From positions 15,430 to 79,429 of the forward strand of contig CAKOYD010000003.1 in assembly GCA_934130545.1 (NCBI GenBank): a stretch of DNA of 64,000 nt, in the 5' to 3' direction. Below, one piece after another: positions 1 to 11,462 of the stretch. The DNA comes from an uncultured Bacilli bacterium (lineage in GTDB: Bacteria > Bacillota_I > Bacilli_A > RF39 > UBA660). How positions within the stretch are numbered: the first letter of the stretch is position 1; each line of letters begins with the position of its first letter. Below the pieces are notes generated by a model. It had not been told where the DNA came from and ran no database searches. It saw only the letters and a program-made list of their open reading frames with translations. Position numbers and translations under genes: made by a program.

Positions 1-593
1 TCAAAAGCATCTTGAGATGTAGTTGCATATCCGTATTTAACACAAAGTTTGGCTAAATCTGGGCGTCCTAAATTGTGGTTGGCATTAATGAGTTCTTTTA
101 TATCTTCATAGCTAAATCTAATGCCATAATCTCTTTTGATTTGTTCCATTATTGATAAAAGTGAATTAATACTGTTGTCTTTTAAATCTATCATCTTTTT
201 ATTTAATTCTTTATCATTTAAATCAATGCCATATCCTAAAATATGCATCCTTCCTTTATAAGTTTTTGCGGATAGTTCAATACCATTAATAATTTTTATT
301 CCACTATCTACAATTATATCTTCATTCCTATTAACTTTTTTAATTCCTTCAATAGTATCATGGTCAGTTATAGCAAGTGTTCCAATTCTTTTATCAATAG
401 CTAATTTTATTAACTCTTGAGGTGATAAATCACCATCTGAATAGTTGGTATGAGTATGCATATCTATTATTTTTTTACTTTTTCTATATGGATTAATTAC
501 TTTATCTAAATATATTCGATTTAGTGTTTCTATTGCTAAATTATCTTCATATTCTTCCATTTCAGAATAAATTTCACCAGCAGTTTTTCCCAT
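1..593 (-). CDS. PHP-domain phosphoesterase (3' end runs off the left window edge)
   Basis: Minus-strand ORF absent from the supplied track because it is edge-truncated. ATG at 593 is preceded by AAGGAG. N-terminus reads ...IIDMHTHTNYSDGDLSPQELIKLAIDKRIGTLAITDHDTIEG, a PHP-type HxH...DH metal-site pattern. Confidence 0.75.
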   Translation of the reverse strand, partial: MGKTAGEIYSEMEEYEDNLAIETLNRIYLDKVINPYRKSKKIIDMHTHTNYSDGDLSPQELIKLAIDKRIGTLAITDHDTIEGIKKVNRNEDIIVDSGIKIINGIELSAKTYKGRMHILGYGIDLNDKELNKKMIDLKDNSINSLLSIMEQIKRDYGIRFSYEDIKELINANHNLGRPDLAKLCVKYGYATTSQDAF

Positions 594-599
594 TAACTA

Positions 600-1361
600 T
601 CATCTCCTTAATATTAGTTTTTTGCCTTCTTCAGCAACTTCTACATTTTCAAAGTTTTGTTTTGCTTCTTCTAAATATAATCTTTTATCTTCTTCAGGCC
701 AAAAATGAGTTAATAATAATTTTTGTGCATTAGATTTACTTGCCAAAATACCAGCTTCATAAGCAGTCATGTGGGTTTTACTATTAGCATTATGTTTTTG
801 TAAAAAGGAGCTTTCACAAATTATTAAATCAGCATCTTTACAAAAATTTACTAAATTACCTAAATTAGTTGTGCCAATATCAGAAGTATATATTATTTTA
901 AAATCTTTATTTTGTAATTTAACCATATAGGATTCAATAGTATGTGAGTTGTTATCTTCAAAAGTTATATCTAAATCATCAATAAGAAATGAACAAGAAT
1001 TATCTATATCATAATAATCTGAATAACTTTCATTATTTGAAGTAATTGATGCTTTATTAAATCCAATATCATTTTTAGGTAAATATATATTTATTTTTTT
1101 ATCAAGTAGTCCTAAATTATGATAAACATAAGAAGCATATTGTAAAGCACCTAAATCACCAAAATGGTCTTTATGGTAGTGAGTAATAATTACATTTAAA
1201 TCTTTTAAATCGTTAGGAAAATTTAATAATCTTGTTATACCATTTCCACAATCTAATAATATTTTTTTGCTATTATATTCAACTAAAAATCCAGGACAAT
1301 TCATATTTCCTTTTGTATAAGGTGATATTGTTCCAAGTGGTGTAATTATTATTTTGCTCAT
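600..1361 (-). CDS. MBL-fold metallo-hydrolase
   Basis: 253-aa ORF with an HYHKDHFGD (HxHxDH) motif. Its start overlaps the coaD stop by 4 nt. Confidence 0.8.
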   Translation of the reverse strand: MSKIIITPLGTISPYTKGNMNCPGFLVEYNSKKILLDCGNGITRLLNFPNDLKDLNVIITHYHKDHFGDLGALQYASYVYHNLGLLDKKINIYLPKNDIGFNKASITSNNESYSDYYDIDNSCSFLIDDLDITFEDNNSHTIESYMVKLQNKDFKIIYTSDIGTTNLGNLVNFCKDADLIICESSFLQKHNANSKTHMTAYEAGILASKSNAQKLLLTHFWPEEDKRLYLEEAKQNFENVEVAEEGKKLILRR

Positions 1362-1852
1362 CTTATCAAACTCCTTTTCTTTACTAACATTCTTTCTCTA
1401 ACTATTGGATCTACATATCTTGAAATATCTTTATCAAGATTAAGAACTTCTTTAACCATACTTGATGATACAAATTGATATTCTTTATCTGCAAATAGGC
1501 AAATTGTATTTACTTTATTATCTGATATTTCTTTATTCATTTGTTGTAATTGAACTTCATAATCATAATCATTTAAACTTCTAAGCCCTCTAATAATTGC
1601 TTTACACTCATTAAGTAGAGCAACATCAACTGCAGCACCACTAGCAAAAATAACTTTTACATTATTCATTCTTTGATATAATTCTTTAATTATTTCCATT
1701 CTTTCTTCTAGTGTAAATAATCCCGATTTTTTTAAAGGATTTTGCATAACTGCAATTATTACTTCATCAAATAAATCACTTGCTTGTTCAACAATATTCA
1801 TGTGTCCTTTAGTCATTGGATCAAAACTTCCTGGGTATAAAACTTTTGTCAT
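1358..1852 (-). CDS. coaD: pantetheine-phosphate adenylyltransferase
   Basis: N-terminus MTKVLYPGSFDPMTKGHMNIVEQA is the classic CoaD nucleotidyltransferase signature (T/HxGH). Confidence 0.9.
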   Translation of the reverse strand: MTKVLYPGSFDPMTKGHMNIVEQASDLFDEVIIAVMQNPLKKSGLFTLEERMEIIKELYQRMNNVKVIFASGAAVDVALLNECKAIIRGLRSLNDYDYEVQLQQMNKEISDNKVNTICLFADKEYQFVSSSMVKEVLNLDKDISRYVDPIVRERMLVKKRSLIR

Positions 1853-2406
1853 AATGATTTCACCAACCTTTTAACTATTTCTTTATCATTTGTTTTTAAA
1901 ACATAATCAAAAGCACTTTCATCAAATTCAATACTTGCTTTTTCTCTTAAATCAAATGCTTCTTCAGATATGTTATCTCTTTTCATTGCTCTTTGTTTTC
2001 TAATTTCATATGGGATATCTAAAAATATTTTTATATCACACATATCAAAGTATTTTGAAATTGATAATAATAACCAATCTAGAATTATTATTTTTCCTTT
2101 GTGAAGGTTTAAAAAGTTATCAATTTCTATTTGCATATATTTCCATGTAATATTGGATAATTTATTCATTTCATTTCTTGAATCAAAAACTATTTCTCCA
2201 AGTTTTTTTCTATCAACATTATTTTCTTTAACAACAGATTCTCCGAATGAACTTACTAATTCTTCTTGAACTTCAGGTAATAATAAAACTCTGTGTCCGA
2301 CTTTATCAATATCTAAATGTATTGCCTTATTATTTGTTAATTCTATGATTTGATTTGCTAGTGTACTTTTACCGCAACCTGACTTACCACAAATACCTAT
2401 AATCAT
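1849..2406 (-). CDS. P-loop kinase, dephospho-CoA kinase-like
   Basis: Walker A motif GICGKSGCGKST. Start moved to the internal ATG at 2406 (MIIGICGK), which has a GGGAGGGAAAG RBS. Overlaps coaD, consistent with a CoA-pathway role. Confidence 0.6.
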   Translation of the reverse strand: MIIGICGKSGCGKSTLANQIIELTNNKAIHLDIDKVGHRVLLLPEVQEELVSSFGESVVKENNVDRKKLGEIVFDSRNEMNKLSNITWKYMQIEIDNFLNLHKGKIIILDWLLLSISKYFDMCDIKIFLDIPYEIRKQRAMKRDNISEEAFDLREKASIEFDESAFDYVLKTNDKEIVKRLVKSL

Positions 2407-2495
2407 ACTTTCCCTCCCATCTACTTGTATTATATTACATTTTTTGATATAATTAAAATACATATTAATTATGTTTGTCATAACGGGAGGTTATT

Positions 2496-3383
2496 ATGAA
2501 TATAGACTTTGAATTATATAGAATTTTTTATGTAGTAGCAAACCACTGCAATATTACTAAAGCAAGTGAAGAATTAAGTATATCCCAACCTGCAATAAGT
2601 AAATCAATTAAAAATCTAGAAGAACAATTAGGTGGTCAATTATTTGTTAGAACTAAACGAGGCGTTGTTCTTACTGAAGAAGGAAAAGAGTTTTATAATT
2701 ATATAAAACAAGCAATTGAGTATATTAATAATGCTGAAAATAAATTTACCGATTTAATTAATCTAGAAACAGGATGTATTAAAATCGGTATTAGTACAAC
2801 GTTAACAAAAGAGTTTTTACTTCCATATTTAGAGAGATTTCATTCACTGTATCCTAAAATAGATATACAAATAATAACTTATTTAACTTCTGATTTAATG
2901 CCAAAATTAAGAAATGGATTAATAGATATTGTAATTTTAAATTTAAATAAAAAAAATTATGGAAATGATATTGATATTATTAAATGTAAAAAGATAAATG
3001 ATTGCTTTGTAGTAAATAATAAATATAAAGATTTAATTAATAAAGAGATGTCTTTAAATGATTTAAATAATTATCCTTTAATTTTACAAGCTAGGGGTTC
3101 AAATACTAGAGAATTTTTAGATAATATAGCAAGTGAAAATGGTGTTGTACTTAAACCTAACATTGAATTAGCAAGTTATTCGCTAGTAATTGAGTTTTCT
3201 AAAATTGGTTTTGGTATTGGATATGCTACTAAAGAATATATTAAGAAGGAACTAAAAAATAAAGAACTATTTGAATTAAAAATAAAAGAAAAAATTCCTA
3301 GTAGATATATAGGAATTGCTTTATCAAAAAATCATGTACCTAATTTTAGTACAAAGAAACTTATTGAAATAATATCAAAATAA
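2496..3383 (+). CDS. LysR-family transcriptional regulator
   Basis: N-terminal wHTH (NITKASEELSISQPAISKSIKNLEEQLGGQLFVRTKRGVVLTEEG) followed by a substrate-binding domain of LysR length. Divergent from the coaE-like gene. Confidence 0.9.
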   Translation: MNIDFELYRIFYVVANHCNITKASEELSISQPAISKSIKNLEEQLGGQLFVRTKRGVVLTEEGKEFYNYIKQAIEYINNAENKFTDLINLETGCIKIGISTTLTKEFLLPYLERFHSLYPKIDIQIITYLTSDLMPKLRNGLIDIVILNLNKKNYGNDIDIIKCKKINDCFVVNNKYKDLINKEMSLNDLNNYPLILQARGSNTREFLDNIASENGVVLKPNIELASYSLVIEFSKIGFGIGYATKEYIKKELKNKELFELKIKEKIPSRYIGIALSKNHVPNFSTKKLIEIISK

Positions 3384-3457
3384 TACGTAATTTTTGCTTA
3401 ATATTTAATTTAAATCTTATATTGCTTGATAAAATTATTTTATAAATTTACTATTGT

Positions 3458-3793
3458 TTATGCAATAGTTCTTTTTAAAGTCTTTACTAATTTTTGTTGC
3501 AATAATGGTTTAGCAAATTGTTCTTCTAAAATTAAAATACTATTTTTGTATCTGCTATATGCTTTATCATAGTTTCTTTGTTCAATTTGTTCAATGCAAT
3601 AGTCAACAATGTTATCATAAATATAGTCATAAATAACGCTAGATTTTTCATCATTATTAATACTTTCTACAATAATAGGTGCTACCTTATAATAATGTTC
3701 TATATCTTCTCTTGAAACAAAATTATCTCTAAACCATCTAAGTATAGTTAATTCATGGTAATTATCATCAAACTTTTCTTGAAAATATCTCAT
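3458..3793 (-). CDS. hypothetical protein (111 aa)
   Basis: Intact ORF with AT-rich codon usage typical of the window; no motif recognised. Confidence 0.45.
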   Translation of the reverse strand: MRYFQEKFDDNYHELTILRWFRDNFVSREDIEHYYKVAPIIVESINNDEKSSVIYDYIYDNIVDYCIEQIEQRNYDKAYSRYKNSILILEEQFAKPLLQQKLVKTLKRTIA

Positions 3794-3850
3794 ACAGGTT
3801 GAGGTTAAATAACAACCCCTTTATCATTTACATAATTCCCTCTTTCATCT

Positions 3851-4207
3851 CTACTTGACATTCTTTTCATCTTCTTTTATATTTTTCTTATATATAACTC
3901 TTAAATCCCAAAGTAAATTTAAAACGCAATCTGAAAATTCACTTTCACTATTCATTTTTTCATTACATATATATTTTGTCTGTAATTCATCAGATTTTTC
4001 ATAAATGGCAATCAAATCATTATTGTTGATAAATTTTAAATTTCTTTGTTTTTCATATTGCACTGCCCATTTATTGATAAAATTTAATATTTCATTATAA
4101 TCACTATAGTTTTCTTTATAAGAATCAAACTGCAAAATTAAATTTATGTATCCAATTAATCTAACAAACAAATTAGAAACATTCCCATAATTATTTTCAA
4201 TGTTCAT
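3851..4207 (-). CDS. hypothetical protein (about 118 aa)
   Basis: Start set to the ATG at 4207 (MNIENNYG), 7 nt downstream of AGGAGGTG. The upstream ATG in the track lies inside that RBS. Confidence 0.45.
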   Translation of the reverse strand: MNIENNYGNVSNLFVRLIGYINLILQFDSYKENYSDYNEILNFINKWAVQYEKQRNLKFINNNDLIAIYEKSDELQTKYICNEKMNSESEFSDCVLNLLWDLRVIYKKNIKEDEKNVK

Positions 4208-4278
4208 TATTAGCACCTCCTAATAGTAATCATTCTTTTTTGAAAAAATTATATATCAAGAATTATAAAATTTATTAA

Positions 4279-4302
4279 AAGACAAGTTAGTAATCTTGTC
4301 TT
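4279..4302 (-). terminator. hairpin overlapping the ftsZ stop codon (putative intrinsic terminator)
   Basis: 8-bp stem AAGACAAG/CTTGTCTT with an 8-nt loop that contains the stop codon, followed on the minus strand by TTAATAAAT. Confidence 0.5.
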
Positions 4303-5378
4303 TCTCTTATAAATGGTGGAATATCTAAGTCATTTACACCATCATTAGCGATACCATCAGCTTTATCTTTATACATATCTTCTCTTTTAGCAGAGTTGAA
4401 GTTATGATATAAAGGTTCACTTTCATTTTCAAAGCCTGTAGCAATAACAGTAACAATTACTTCATCATTTAAGTTTTCGTTAATAACCGCACCAAATATT
4501 GTATTAATATCAGTGTTAGCAGCTGTTCTGATAATTTCAGCAGCTTCTTCTACTTCAAATAATGTAAGTGATGTACCACCGGTAACGTTGATAATAGCAT
4601 CTGTAGCACCATTTATAGAAGTTTCTAGTAATGGTGAAGATACAGCTTGTTTAGCAGCCTCAACTGCTCTATTTTCTCCTGATCCAACGCCAATACCAAT
4701 TAAGGCATTACCTCTATCCTTCATAACAGCTTTAACATCAGCAAAGTCTAGGTTTACTAATCCGGCTACAGCAATTAAATCTGAGATAGATTGAACACCA
4801 CGATGTAGAACATTATCAACTTCACGGAAGGCCTCTAACATAGGTGTTGATTTATCAATCAATTCTCTTAAACGATCATTAGGAATAACGATTAAAGTAT
4901 CAACATGTTTTTTTAATTCATCTAGGCCGGCAACAGCTTGATCCATTCTCTTTTTACCTTCAAAACTAAATGGTTTAGTAACAATACCAACAGTTAAAGC
5001 ACCAAGTTCTTGAGCTATTTCAGCAATTACTGGAGATGCTCCAGTCCCTGTTCCACCACCCATACCGCAAGTTACGAAAACCATGTCTGCGCCTTTTAGT
5101 ACTTCTTCGATTTCACTCTTACTTTCTAGAGCAGCTTCTCTACCTATTTCAGGATTAGCTCCTGCTCCTAAACCATCAGTTAATTCATTACCAATTTGCA
5201 ACTTTATTGGAGCAAGTGAATTATTTAAAACTTGTAAATCTGTATTAGCAACAATAAAGTCTACACCTTTTAAGCCGGAATCAATCATTCTATTTACGGC
5301 ATTACAGCCACCGCCACCTACTCCTATTACTTTTATTTTTGCTAATTGATCCATTTCTAAGCCAAACATATTATTCAT
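4287..5378 (-). CDS. ftsZ: cell division GTPase FtsZ
   Basis: Contains [17 protein letters not shown] and the tubulin signature [18 protein letters not shown] overlap with ftsA. Confidence 0.97.
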   Translation of the reverse strand: MNNMFGLEMDQLAKIKVIGVGGGGCNAVNRMIDSGLKGVDFIVANTDLQVLNNSLAPIKLQIGNELTDGLGAGANPEIGREAALESKSEIEEVLKGADMVFVTCGMGGGTGTGASPVIAEIAQELGALTVGIVTKPFSFEGKKRMDQAVAGLDELKKHVDTLIVIPNDRLRELIDKSTPMLEAFREVDNVLHRGVQSISDLIAVAGLVNLDFADVKAVMKDRGNALIGIGVGSGENRAVEAAKQAVSSPLLETSINGATDAIINVTGGTSLTLFEVEEAAEIIRTAANTDINTIFGAVINENLNDEVIVTVIATGFENESEPLYHNFNSAKREDMYKDKADGIANDGVNDLDIPPFIRERQDY

Positions 5379-6625
5379 TATTCTTCCTCCTTATTTTTAA
5401 TAAAGTTCTTAAACATTTTTCCTATTACATCTATATTTTCTTTTTTTAATTTACTATCAGGTTTGACAAGCAATTCTTCGTCAGTTTCACTAATCATTGA
5501 ATATTCTTTACCTCGAACATCCATTTTATCAATAAAATATTTTATCATACCAAGGGCTGTTGTATATTTATTATCTCTAACTCCTATGGTATCTACCTTA
5601 TATACCAAAGCACCTTTACCAAATACTTCCGTAATTAAATTCTTGAAAGATTTAATTTCCGTAAGCCCTCCTGTAATAATTATATAATCAATTTCTTGTT
5701 TTGTTAAGAGTAAAATCTGTTTTTTTGCAAAATTTAGTATTTCTACTAATCTACTCATAACTACTTCAGTTACTTCTAATTGGTTTAATTTAATAGTCTC
5801 CCCAATCGTATTTTTTATTTCAAAAGTATCGTTTAATACATTAAATCTTTTATGGGATGAAGCAAATCTTTCTTTAAGCATTCTTCCATCAAAGATATTA
5901 ATACCAAAGACATATGCTAAATCTTTATCAACATTTAATCCTCCTAAGTTAATTACTCCAACGTTCATTAACTTACCATGATTAAATACACTAACATTAG
6001 TTGTTTCATGTCCTAAGTTGATAATAGCACCTACTTTGTTATCTGTAAACTTACTTCTTATTTCGTAATAATCTCCTAAAGAAGGTAATGTAATATCTAC
6101 TACTTCTAAATTAGATTTTTCTATTACTTCAATTACTGAATATATATTCTTTTTAGGAACCGATATCATTATGGCTTTTAGTTCTACTTCACTAGCCTTT
6201 TTATTTATAACATGGATACCACTACTAGTACCATCTATTACAAAGTCAATGGGTATAGCCGTTACAAGTTCATAATCGTTATCTAGTTTATTGTAGACTG
6301 ATGTCTTAATTAACTTACTAATAATATCTGAAGTAATTACTCCATCTACTTTCATACTAGCAGATACTAATTTAAATCTAGCATCTTCTTCACTAACATT
6401 AACAATTACTTTTTTGATATCAAAGCCTAAATCTTTATTAATTTCTTTAATACCATCTTTAATAGCATTACTAGCTAAATTACTATCAATTACTAGGCCT
6501 TTTCTAATACCTTTAGATTTAATTTCATAAGAAGATAATACTTTTACTTGATTATTATGATTTTCTCCTACAATAAATTTAATGGTATCAGAGCCTATAT
6601 CAATACTTGTATATACCTTTCTCAC
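5378..6625 (-). CDS. ftsA: cell division protein FtsA
   Basis: Actin-like ATPase pattern ([11 protein letters not shown]...; [10 protein letters not shown]) and position immediately upstream of ftsZ. GTG start with an AGGAGAG RBS. Confidence 0.92.
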   Translation of the reverse strand: MRKVYTSIDIGSDTIKFIVGENHNNQVKVLSSYEIKSKGIRKGLVIDSNLASNAIKDGIKEINKDLGFDIKKVIVNVSEEDARFKLVSASMKVDGVITSDIISKLIKTSVYNKLDNDYELVTAIPIDFVIDGTSSGIHVINKKASEVELKAIMISVPKKNIYSVIEVIEKSNLEVVDITLPSLGDYYEIRSKFTDNKVGAIINLGHETTNVSVFNHGKLMNVGVINLGGLNVDKDLAYVFGINIFDGRMLKERFASSHKRFNVLNDTFEIKNTIGETIKLNQLEVTEVVMSRLVEILNFAKKQILLLTKQEIDYIIITGGLTEIKSFKNLITEVFGKGALVYKVDTIGVRDNKYTTALGMIKYFIDKMDVRGKEYSMISETDEELLVKPDSKLKKENIDVIGKMFKNFIKNKEEE

Positions 6626-6763
6626 AACATCGACTCTCCTAAAATATAACCTAATTATACAATAAAATACTTATAAATGCAATAATATAACATAAAGTTC
6701 AATAAATTTTAAGATTAATCAAGTCTTGTTCTCTAAGGCTCTTTTTATTATTTTAAAATACCT

Positions 6764-6794
6764 CTAAAAAAATAGCAAAAGTTTATTTGCTATT
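6764..6794 (-). terminator. intrinsic terminator of the arginine operon
   Basis: 9-bp stem AATAGCAAA/TTTGCTATT with a 6-nt loop and a T-run on the minus strand, about 30 nt after the stop at 6826. Confidence 0.8.
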
Positions 6795-6825
6795 TTCATA
6801 TATAACTTTTTAATATTATCTATTA

Positions 6826-9222
6826 TTAGAATAAAACCATTCCTAATGTTAAGATAAATATTGAAACAAGTGCTAAATATAGAATTAATTTAAATGCCCA
6901 TTTAAACCATGTAGAATATTCAACACGTGCTACGGCTAAACCACCCATAATTGCTCCACATGTAGGAGTAATTAAGTTAACTAGTCCATTAGCTGCTACT
7001 AAAATCATGATATTAGTTTCTACAGAGAATCCTAATTGGGCAGTAAGTGGTCCCATAATTGGAGTAGATAGGCTTGCAATACCAGAAGATGAAGGAACTA
7101 ATACTGATAATACTATATGTAATAAATAATTACATGGTGCGTATAAGATAGCAGGCATTCCTTTTAAAAATTCAGCTGCATTATAAATGATATAATTATC
7201 AAAATGTGTTATTCCCATTAATACACTTACTCCACGAGCAACAGCAATAATTAACATAACACCAACCATATCATCAGCGCCATCGATGAAAGTATCAACT
7301 GTTTCTTTTTCACTAAATCCATTAATAATACATAATATTATTGTTATAATTAAGAACCATAAACTAGCCTCATTAAAATACCACGTACCAAGAGGAGTTC
7401 CTACTAAAAAGCCTGATATATTATCAAAGAAAGTAACACCAAAATCACCCCATGGAATAAATCCTAAAATCATTATTACGAAAGATAATCCAAATATCCA
7501 TAATGTGATTTTTTGTTTAGAAGTTAATTTGATATCTTCTTCAATCTCTTCCTCACCAAAACGTTTTTCCATGTTCTTTTGTTCTTGAAGTGATAAGAAT
7601 GTAGAACCTTTGTCTGCTTTTACTTTCTTAGCATACTTCATTACATAAAGTACCGCAATAATGTATGAAGCAATCCATAGGGCCATACCAAGGGCAATAA
7701 CTACTCCTTGATTAACAGCTATTCCTTCAGGTAGGGCGTCGATAGCTGCTCCGACAGCGAATGGGTTGATTGTTGAACCAAGTACACCAACCCCGGCTCC
7801 AAGAAGTATTGTTGCAGAGGCTACTATTGTATCCATACCAGCTGCCACCATTGTGGCAGATAATAATGCATAGAACCCAACAGTTTCTTCTAGCATACCG
7901 TAAGTAGTGCCACCAATACTAAAGATAAACATAAGTATTGGAATTAGTATTAATTCTTTTCCTTTTAATTTATTAATTAATACTTTAATACCGGTTTCTA
8001 GAGCTCCTGTTTTAGTAACTACTGCTAAATAAGCTCCTAAAATCATGATAAATACGCAAACATCCATTGCGTCCTGAAAACCAAGAATTGGACTCATTAA
8101 TACATCTGATAACTTAGCTCCTACTACTCCACTACCATTTACTATCTCACCATCAACAAATTGAGCTTGAGGTAATAAATGAGAAGCAATAGCAAGAATA
8201 AAGATCATAATAAATATTATAGAGAATGCCGATAACATTGTTTTCTTGTTTTTCTTTTTTGTCTCTTTTGACATTTCTTGTTTTTCCTCCTTATTATATA
8301 TAATTCTTGTACCTGTCTTACCATTTAAAGCAGCAAGGCCTTCACTTAAAGAGGCAACTATGGCAACTCCTTTTGGATTATTTTCAACAAATTTTGTACA
8401 TGCTTGAACTTTTGGTAGCATGCTTCCTTCAGCAAACTCTCCTGCTTTAATATATTTATTGGCCATATCAAGGTCTATTAAATTTAATTTTTTCTCCGAT
8501 GGAGTATTATATTTAATAGATATCTTTGATACAGATGTCAAGATGAGTAGTACATCAGCTTTAATACTAGTAGCAAGAGAAGCCGCTGCAAAATCTTTAT
8601 CAATAACAGCATCTACTCCTTTGTAGCTGTCATTTTCTTTGATAACAGGGATTCCTCCACCACCACATGTAATTACGACATTACCATCATGTATTAATTC
8701 TTCTACTACTTCTTGTTCTAAGATCCTAACGGGTTTAGGAGAAGGTACAACTCTCCGATAACCACGTCCGGCATCTTCGACAAATATATAGCCTTTTTCC
8801 TTCTTGATTTCTTCGGCTTGCTTTTGACTATAAAACATTCCGACAGGTTTAGTTGGATTTTCAAAAGCTTTGTCTTGACTATCTACTTCAACCTGGGTAA
8901 TGATTGTCGCACATTCTTTGGATATTCCTTCTTGTTTAAGTTCTTCACTTATTGCTTGTTGAAGATGATATCCAATGTACCCCTGACTCATGGCACCACA
9001 TTCCGCGAAAGGCATAAGTGGTGTTCCAATTTTATTTTGGTAGGCATTATCGAAAGCTAAATTTATCATGCCAACTTGTGGACCATTACCGTGAACGATA
9101 ACGACTTCATGACCATCTTTAACTATCTTAACTATTTGATGGGCTGTTTTTTTAACTAATTGTAATTGCTCCTCAGGTGTTTTACCTAAGGCATTACCAC
9201 CTAAAGCAATGACTATTCTCAA
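6826..9222 (-). CDS. arcC: in-frame fusion of carbamate kinase (residues 1-316) and a YfcC-type multi-TM transporter (residues 317-798)
   Basis: N-terminal part (M)RIVIALGGNALG...GNGPQVG...GGGGIPV is carbamate kinase, with a TTG start. From MSKETKKKNKKTMLSAFSIIF onward there are 10 or more TM segments typical of YfcC/C4-dicarboxylate-anaerobic-carrier-like permeases found in ADI loci. No stop codon lies between the two parts. Confidence 0.85.
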   Translation of the reverse strand: MRIVIALGGNALGKTPEEQLQLVKKTAHQIVKIVKDGHEVVIVHGNGPQVGMINLAFDNAYQNKIGTPLMPFAECGAMSQGYIGYHLQQAISEELKQEGISKECATIITQVEVDSQDKAFENPTKPVGMFYSQKQAEEIKKEKGYIFVEDAGRGYRRVVPSPKPVRILEQEVVEELIHDGNVVITCGGGGIPVIKENDSYKGVDAVIDKDFAAASLATSIKADVLLILTSVSKISIKYNTPSEKKLNLIDLDMANKYIKAGEFAEGSMLPKVQACTKFVENNPKGVAIVASLSEGLAALNGKTGTRIIYNKEEKQEMSKETKKKNKKTMLSAFSIIFIMIFILAIASHLLPQAQFVDGEIVNGSGVVGAKLSDVLMSPILGFQDAMDVCVFIMILGAYLAVVTKTGALETGIKVLINKLKGKELILIPILMFIFSIGGTTYGMLEETVGFYALLSATMVAAGMDTIVASATILLGAGVGVLGSTINPFAVGAAIDALPEGIAVNQGVVIALGMALWIASYIIAVLYVMKYAKKVKADKGSTFLSLQEQKNMEKRFGEEEIEEDIKLTSKQKITLWIFGLSFVIMILGFIPWGDFGVTFFDNISGFLVGTPLGTWYFNEASLWFLIITIILCIINGFSEKETVDTFIDGADDMVGVMLIIAVARGVSVLMGITHFDNYIIYNAAEFLKGMPAILYAPCNYLLHIVLSVLVPSSSGIASLSTPIMGPLTAQLGFSVETNIMILVAANGLVNLITPTCGAIMGGLAVARVEYSTWFKWAFKLILYLALVSIFILTLGMVLF

Positions 9223-9231
9223 TGTATATCC

Positions 9232-10224
9232 CTACTTCCCACCAAGTGTTGCATATATAACAGCCTTTATAGTATGCATTCTATTTTCTGCTTCATCAAA
9301 TACCTTTGATTTTTTGCTTTCAAATACTTCATTAGTAACTTCCATTTCGTTAATTCCGTACTTTTCAGCAATATCTTTACCAATAGTAGTGTTAGTATCA
9401 TGGAAAGATGGTAGGCAATGTAAGAATATTGCCTTTGGATCAGCGTTATTCATAACATCCATTGTAACTTGATATGGTTTAAGAAGTTTAATTCGCTCTT
9501 CCCATTTAGCAGGGTCTTCACCCATAGATACCCAAACATCAGTATAAATTACATGAGCTCCTTTAGTGCCTTCCATAATATCTTCAGTCATTTTTATTAC
9601 AGAACCACTTTTCTTAGCAATTTCTAAACAAGTATTACGAAGTTCTTCACTTGGCCATAATGTTTGAGGAGCACAACAAGTAAAGTTAATTCCTAGTTTA
9701 GTACATACGACCATTAGAGAATTAGCAACATTGTTTCTAGCGTCTCCACAAAATACTAATGTTTTACCTTTCATGCTTCCTAAACATTCTTCAGCAGTCA
9801 TAATATCAGCAAGCATTTGGGTAGGATGAAACTCCGTAGTAAGACCATTCCATACAGGAACACTACTATATTTAGCAAGGCCCTCTACTATTGATTGGTC
9901 AAAGCCACGATACTCAATACCATCATACATTCTACAAAGTACTCTAGCAGTATCGGCAATACTTTCTTTCTTACCCATTTGACTTCCGGTAGGTCCTAGA
10001 TAAGTAACTCCCATGCCTAAGTCATGTCCAGCTACTTCAAAAGCACATCTTGTTCTAGTACTATCTTTTTCAAATAATATAGCAATATTCTTACCTTCAA
10101 AGAATTTATGCTTTTTACCTTTATGTTTCATAACTTTAAACTTCTTGGCTAGGTCAAGTAAATATCTAATTTCTTCTTCACTATAATCAAGTAGTTTAAG
10201 AAAGTCTCTTCCTTTTAAATTCAT
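9232..10224 (-). CDS. arcB: ornithine carbamoyltransferase (catabolic context)
   Basis: Motifs [17 protein letters not shown] and HCLPSFH. Located between arcA and arcC. Confidence 0.93.
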   Translation of the reverse strand: MNLKGRDFLKLLDYSEEEIRYLLDLAKKFKVMKHKGKKHKFFEGKNIAILFEKDSTRTRCAFEVAGHDLGMGVTYLGPTGSQMGKKESIADTARVLCRMYDGIEYRGFDQSIVEGLAKYSSVPVWNGLTTEFHPTQMLADIMTAEECLGSMKGKTLVFCGDARNNVANSLMVVCTKLGINFTCCAPQTLWPSEELRNTCLEIAKKSGSVIKMTEDIMEGTKGAHVIYTDVWVSMGEDPAKWEERIKLLKPYQVTMDVMNNADPKAIFLHCLPSFHDTNTTIGKDIAEKYGINEMEVTNEVFESKKSKVFDEAENRMHTIKAVIYATLGGK

Positions 10225-11447
10225 TAGTTATCGCTCCTTACAAGTGGCATACTCATACATCTAGGACCGCCTCTACCACGAGAAAGTTCAGATCCATGCA
10301 TTTCTAATACTTTAATACCATATCTTCTAAGAACAGCATTAGTAATATTATTTCTATCATAAACTATTACAACTCCGGGTGCTATACATAATGTATTAGA
10401 GCCATCATTCCACTGTTCTCTTTCAGATATAATCTTATCTCCACCACCACATGGAATAAGGGTAATATCTTTATTTAAATATTTTTCAAGGATATTCTCT
10501 AGGCTATCATTAATTTCTTCAACTTTAACACCTTGAGCGATATCTTCTTTTATTTCAAATACTTGTAATGTATCCATAATACCAGGATGGTATGTGAACT
10601 TATCATAATCTATTTGTGTAAATACTGTATCTAGGTGCATGAATGCTCTAGAGTTAGGTATATTGAAGGCAAGAATTGTATCTATTTCACAATCAGGATC
10701 TTTAAACATATTTAAGGCAATTTGTTCGATAGATTCCGGTTGTGTTCTTTGACTGACACCTATTGCTAAAGTATGTTCATTAAGTACTAAAATATCTCCA
10801 CCTTCAATATGGTATGGATTATATCTATCATAATACTTAATAGTATCTTTATAATCAGGGTGATAATTAAAGATATATTCAGCATAAATAGTCTCTCTAT
10901 TTCTAGTTACAGAGTACATTTTATTTAAGCTAATGCCATTTTCAATGGATGCAAACGGGTCTCTGGTAAACACTAAGTTAGGCATTGGATCTGCTAAGAA
11001 TTTAGAGTCTTCAGTTACTTTATCTACTAAAGAGTGTTCAGTATCTCTTTCCATAGCAGCTAATTCATTAACATTAATACCTTCCATAGTTTTAAGTACT
11101 AGTTCTTTATTGTCATGGAATTCCATTAGGAATGTAATAACCGCATCTTTATATTTAGGTGTTTTTATTCCGGCTTCGTAGACAAATTGTCTAACAAATT
11201 TTTCTCTTAGATCAGGATTTTGATCAAGTACCTCAGTCATTAAATCTTCTAGGTATACTACTTCTACTCCATTTTCTCTAAGTATTCTGGCAAACTCGTC
11301 ATGTTCTTCTTTAGCGATTTTCAAATAAGGAATATCATCAAATAATAGTCTCCCTAATGAATCTGGTGTTAAGTTTAGTAACTCATTTCCAGGTCGATGT
11401 AATAATACTTTTTTAAGTGGCATTATTTCACTTTTTACATTTATCAT
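10224..11447 (-). CDS. arcA: arginine deiminase
   Basis: N-terminus ...[20 protein letters not shown] and C-terminus [12 protein letters not shown] (catalytic Cys motif). Confidence 0.95.
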   Translation of the reverse strand: MINVKSEIMPLKKVLLHRPGNELLNLTPDSLGRLLFDDIPYLKIAKEEHDEFARILRENGVEVVYLEDLMTEVLDQNPDLREKFVRQFVYEAGIKTPKYKDAVITFLMEFHDNKELVLKTMEGINVNELAAMERDTEHSLVDKVTEDSKFLADPMPNLVFTRDPFASIENGISLNKMYSVTRNRETIYAEYIFNYHPDYKDTIKYYDRYNPYHIEGGDILVLNEHTLAIGVSQRTQPESIEQIALNMFKDPDCEIDTILAFNIPNSRAFMHLDTVFTQIDYDKFTYHPGIMDTLQVFEIKEDIAQGVKVEEINDSLENILEKYLNKDITLIPCGGGDKIISEREQWNDGSNTLCIAPGVVIVYDRNNITNAVLRRYGIKVLEMHGSELSRGRGGPRCMSMPLVRSDN

Positions 11448-11462
11448 TTTTTCTCTCCTCTT

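Noticed and set aside
524-733. Numerous 60-157-aa ORFs antisense to or overlapping longer genes (for example 524-733, 4513-4794, 5083-5349, 5463-5687, 7286-7588, 8420-8626, 8818-9060, 9209-9472, 10933-11181, 13119-13367, 14922-15134, 16108-16308, 17784-17999, 22317-22502, 25807-26067, 28977-29210, 29552-29734, 30888-31079, 31657-31902, 36574-36765, 39743-40012, 41528-41710, 45451-45669, 51481-51708, 53485-53937, 54125-54655, 54998-55273, 58147-58419, 59365-59580, 62062-62535)
   Set aside because: They are shadow ORFs on the opposite strand or frame of well-supported genes. They have low-complexity Leu/Ile/Phe/Ser-rich translations, no RBS and no recognisable motifs.
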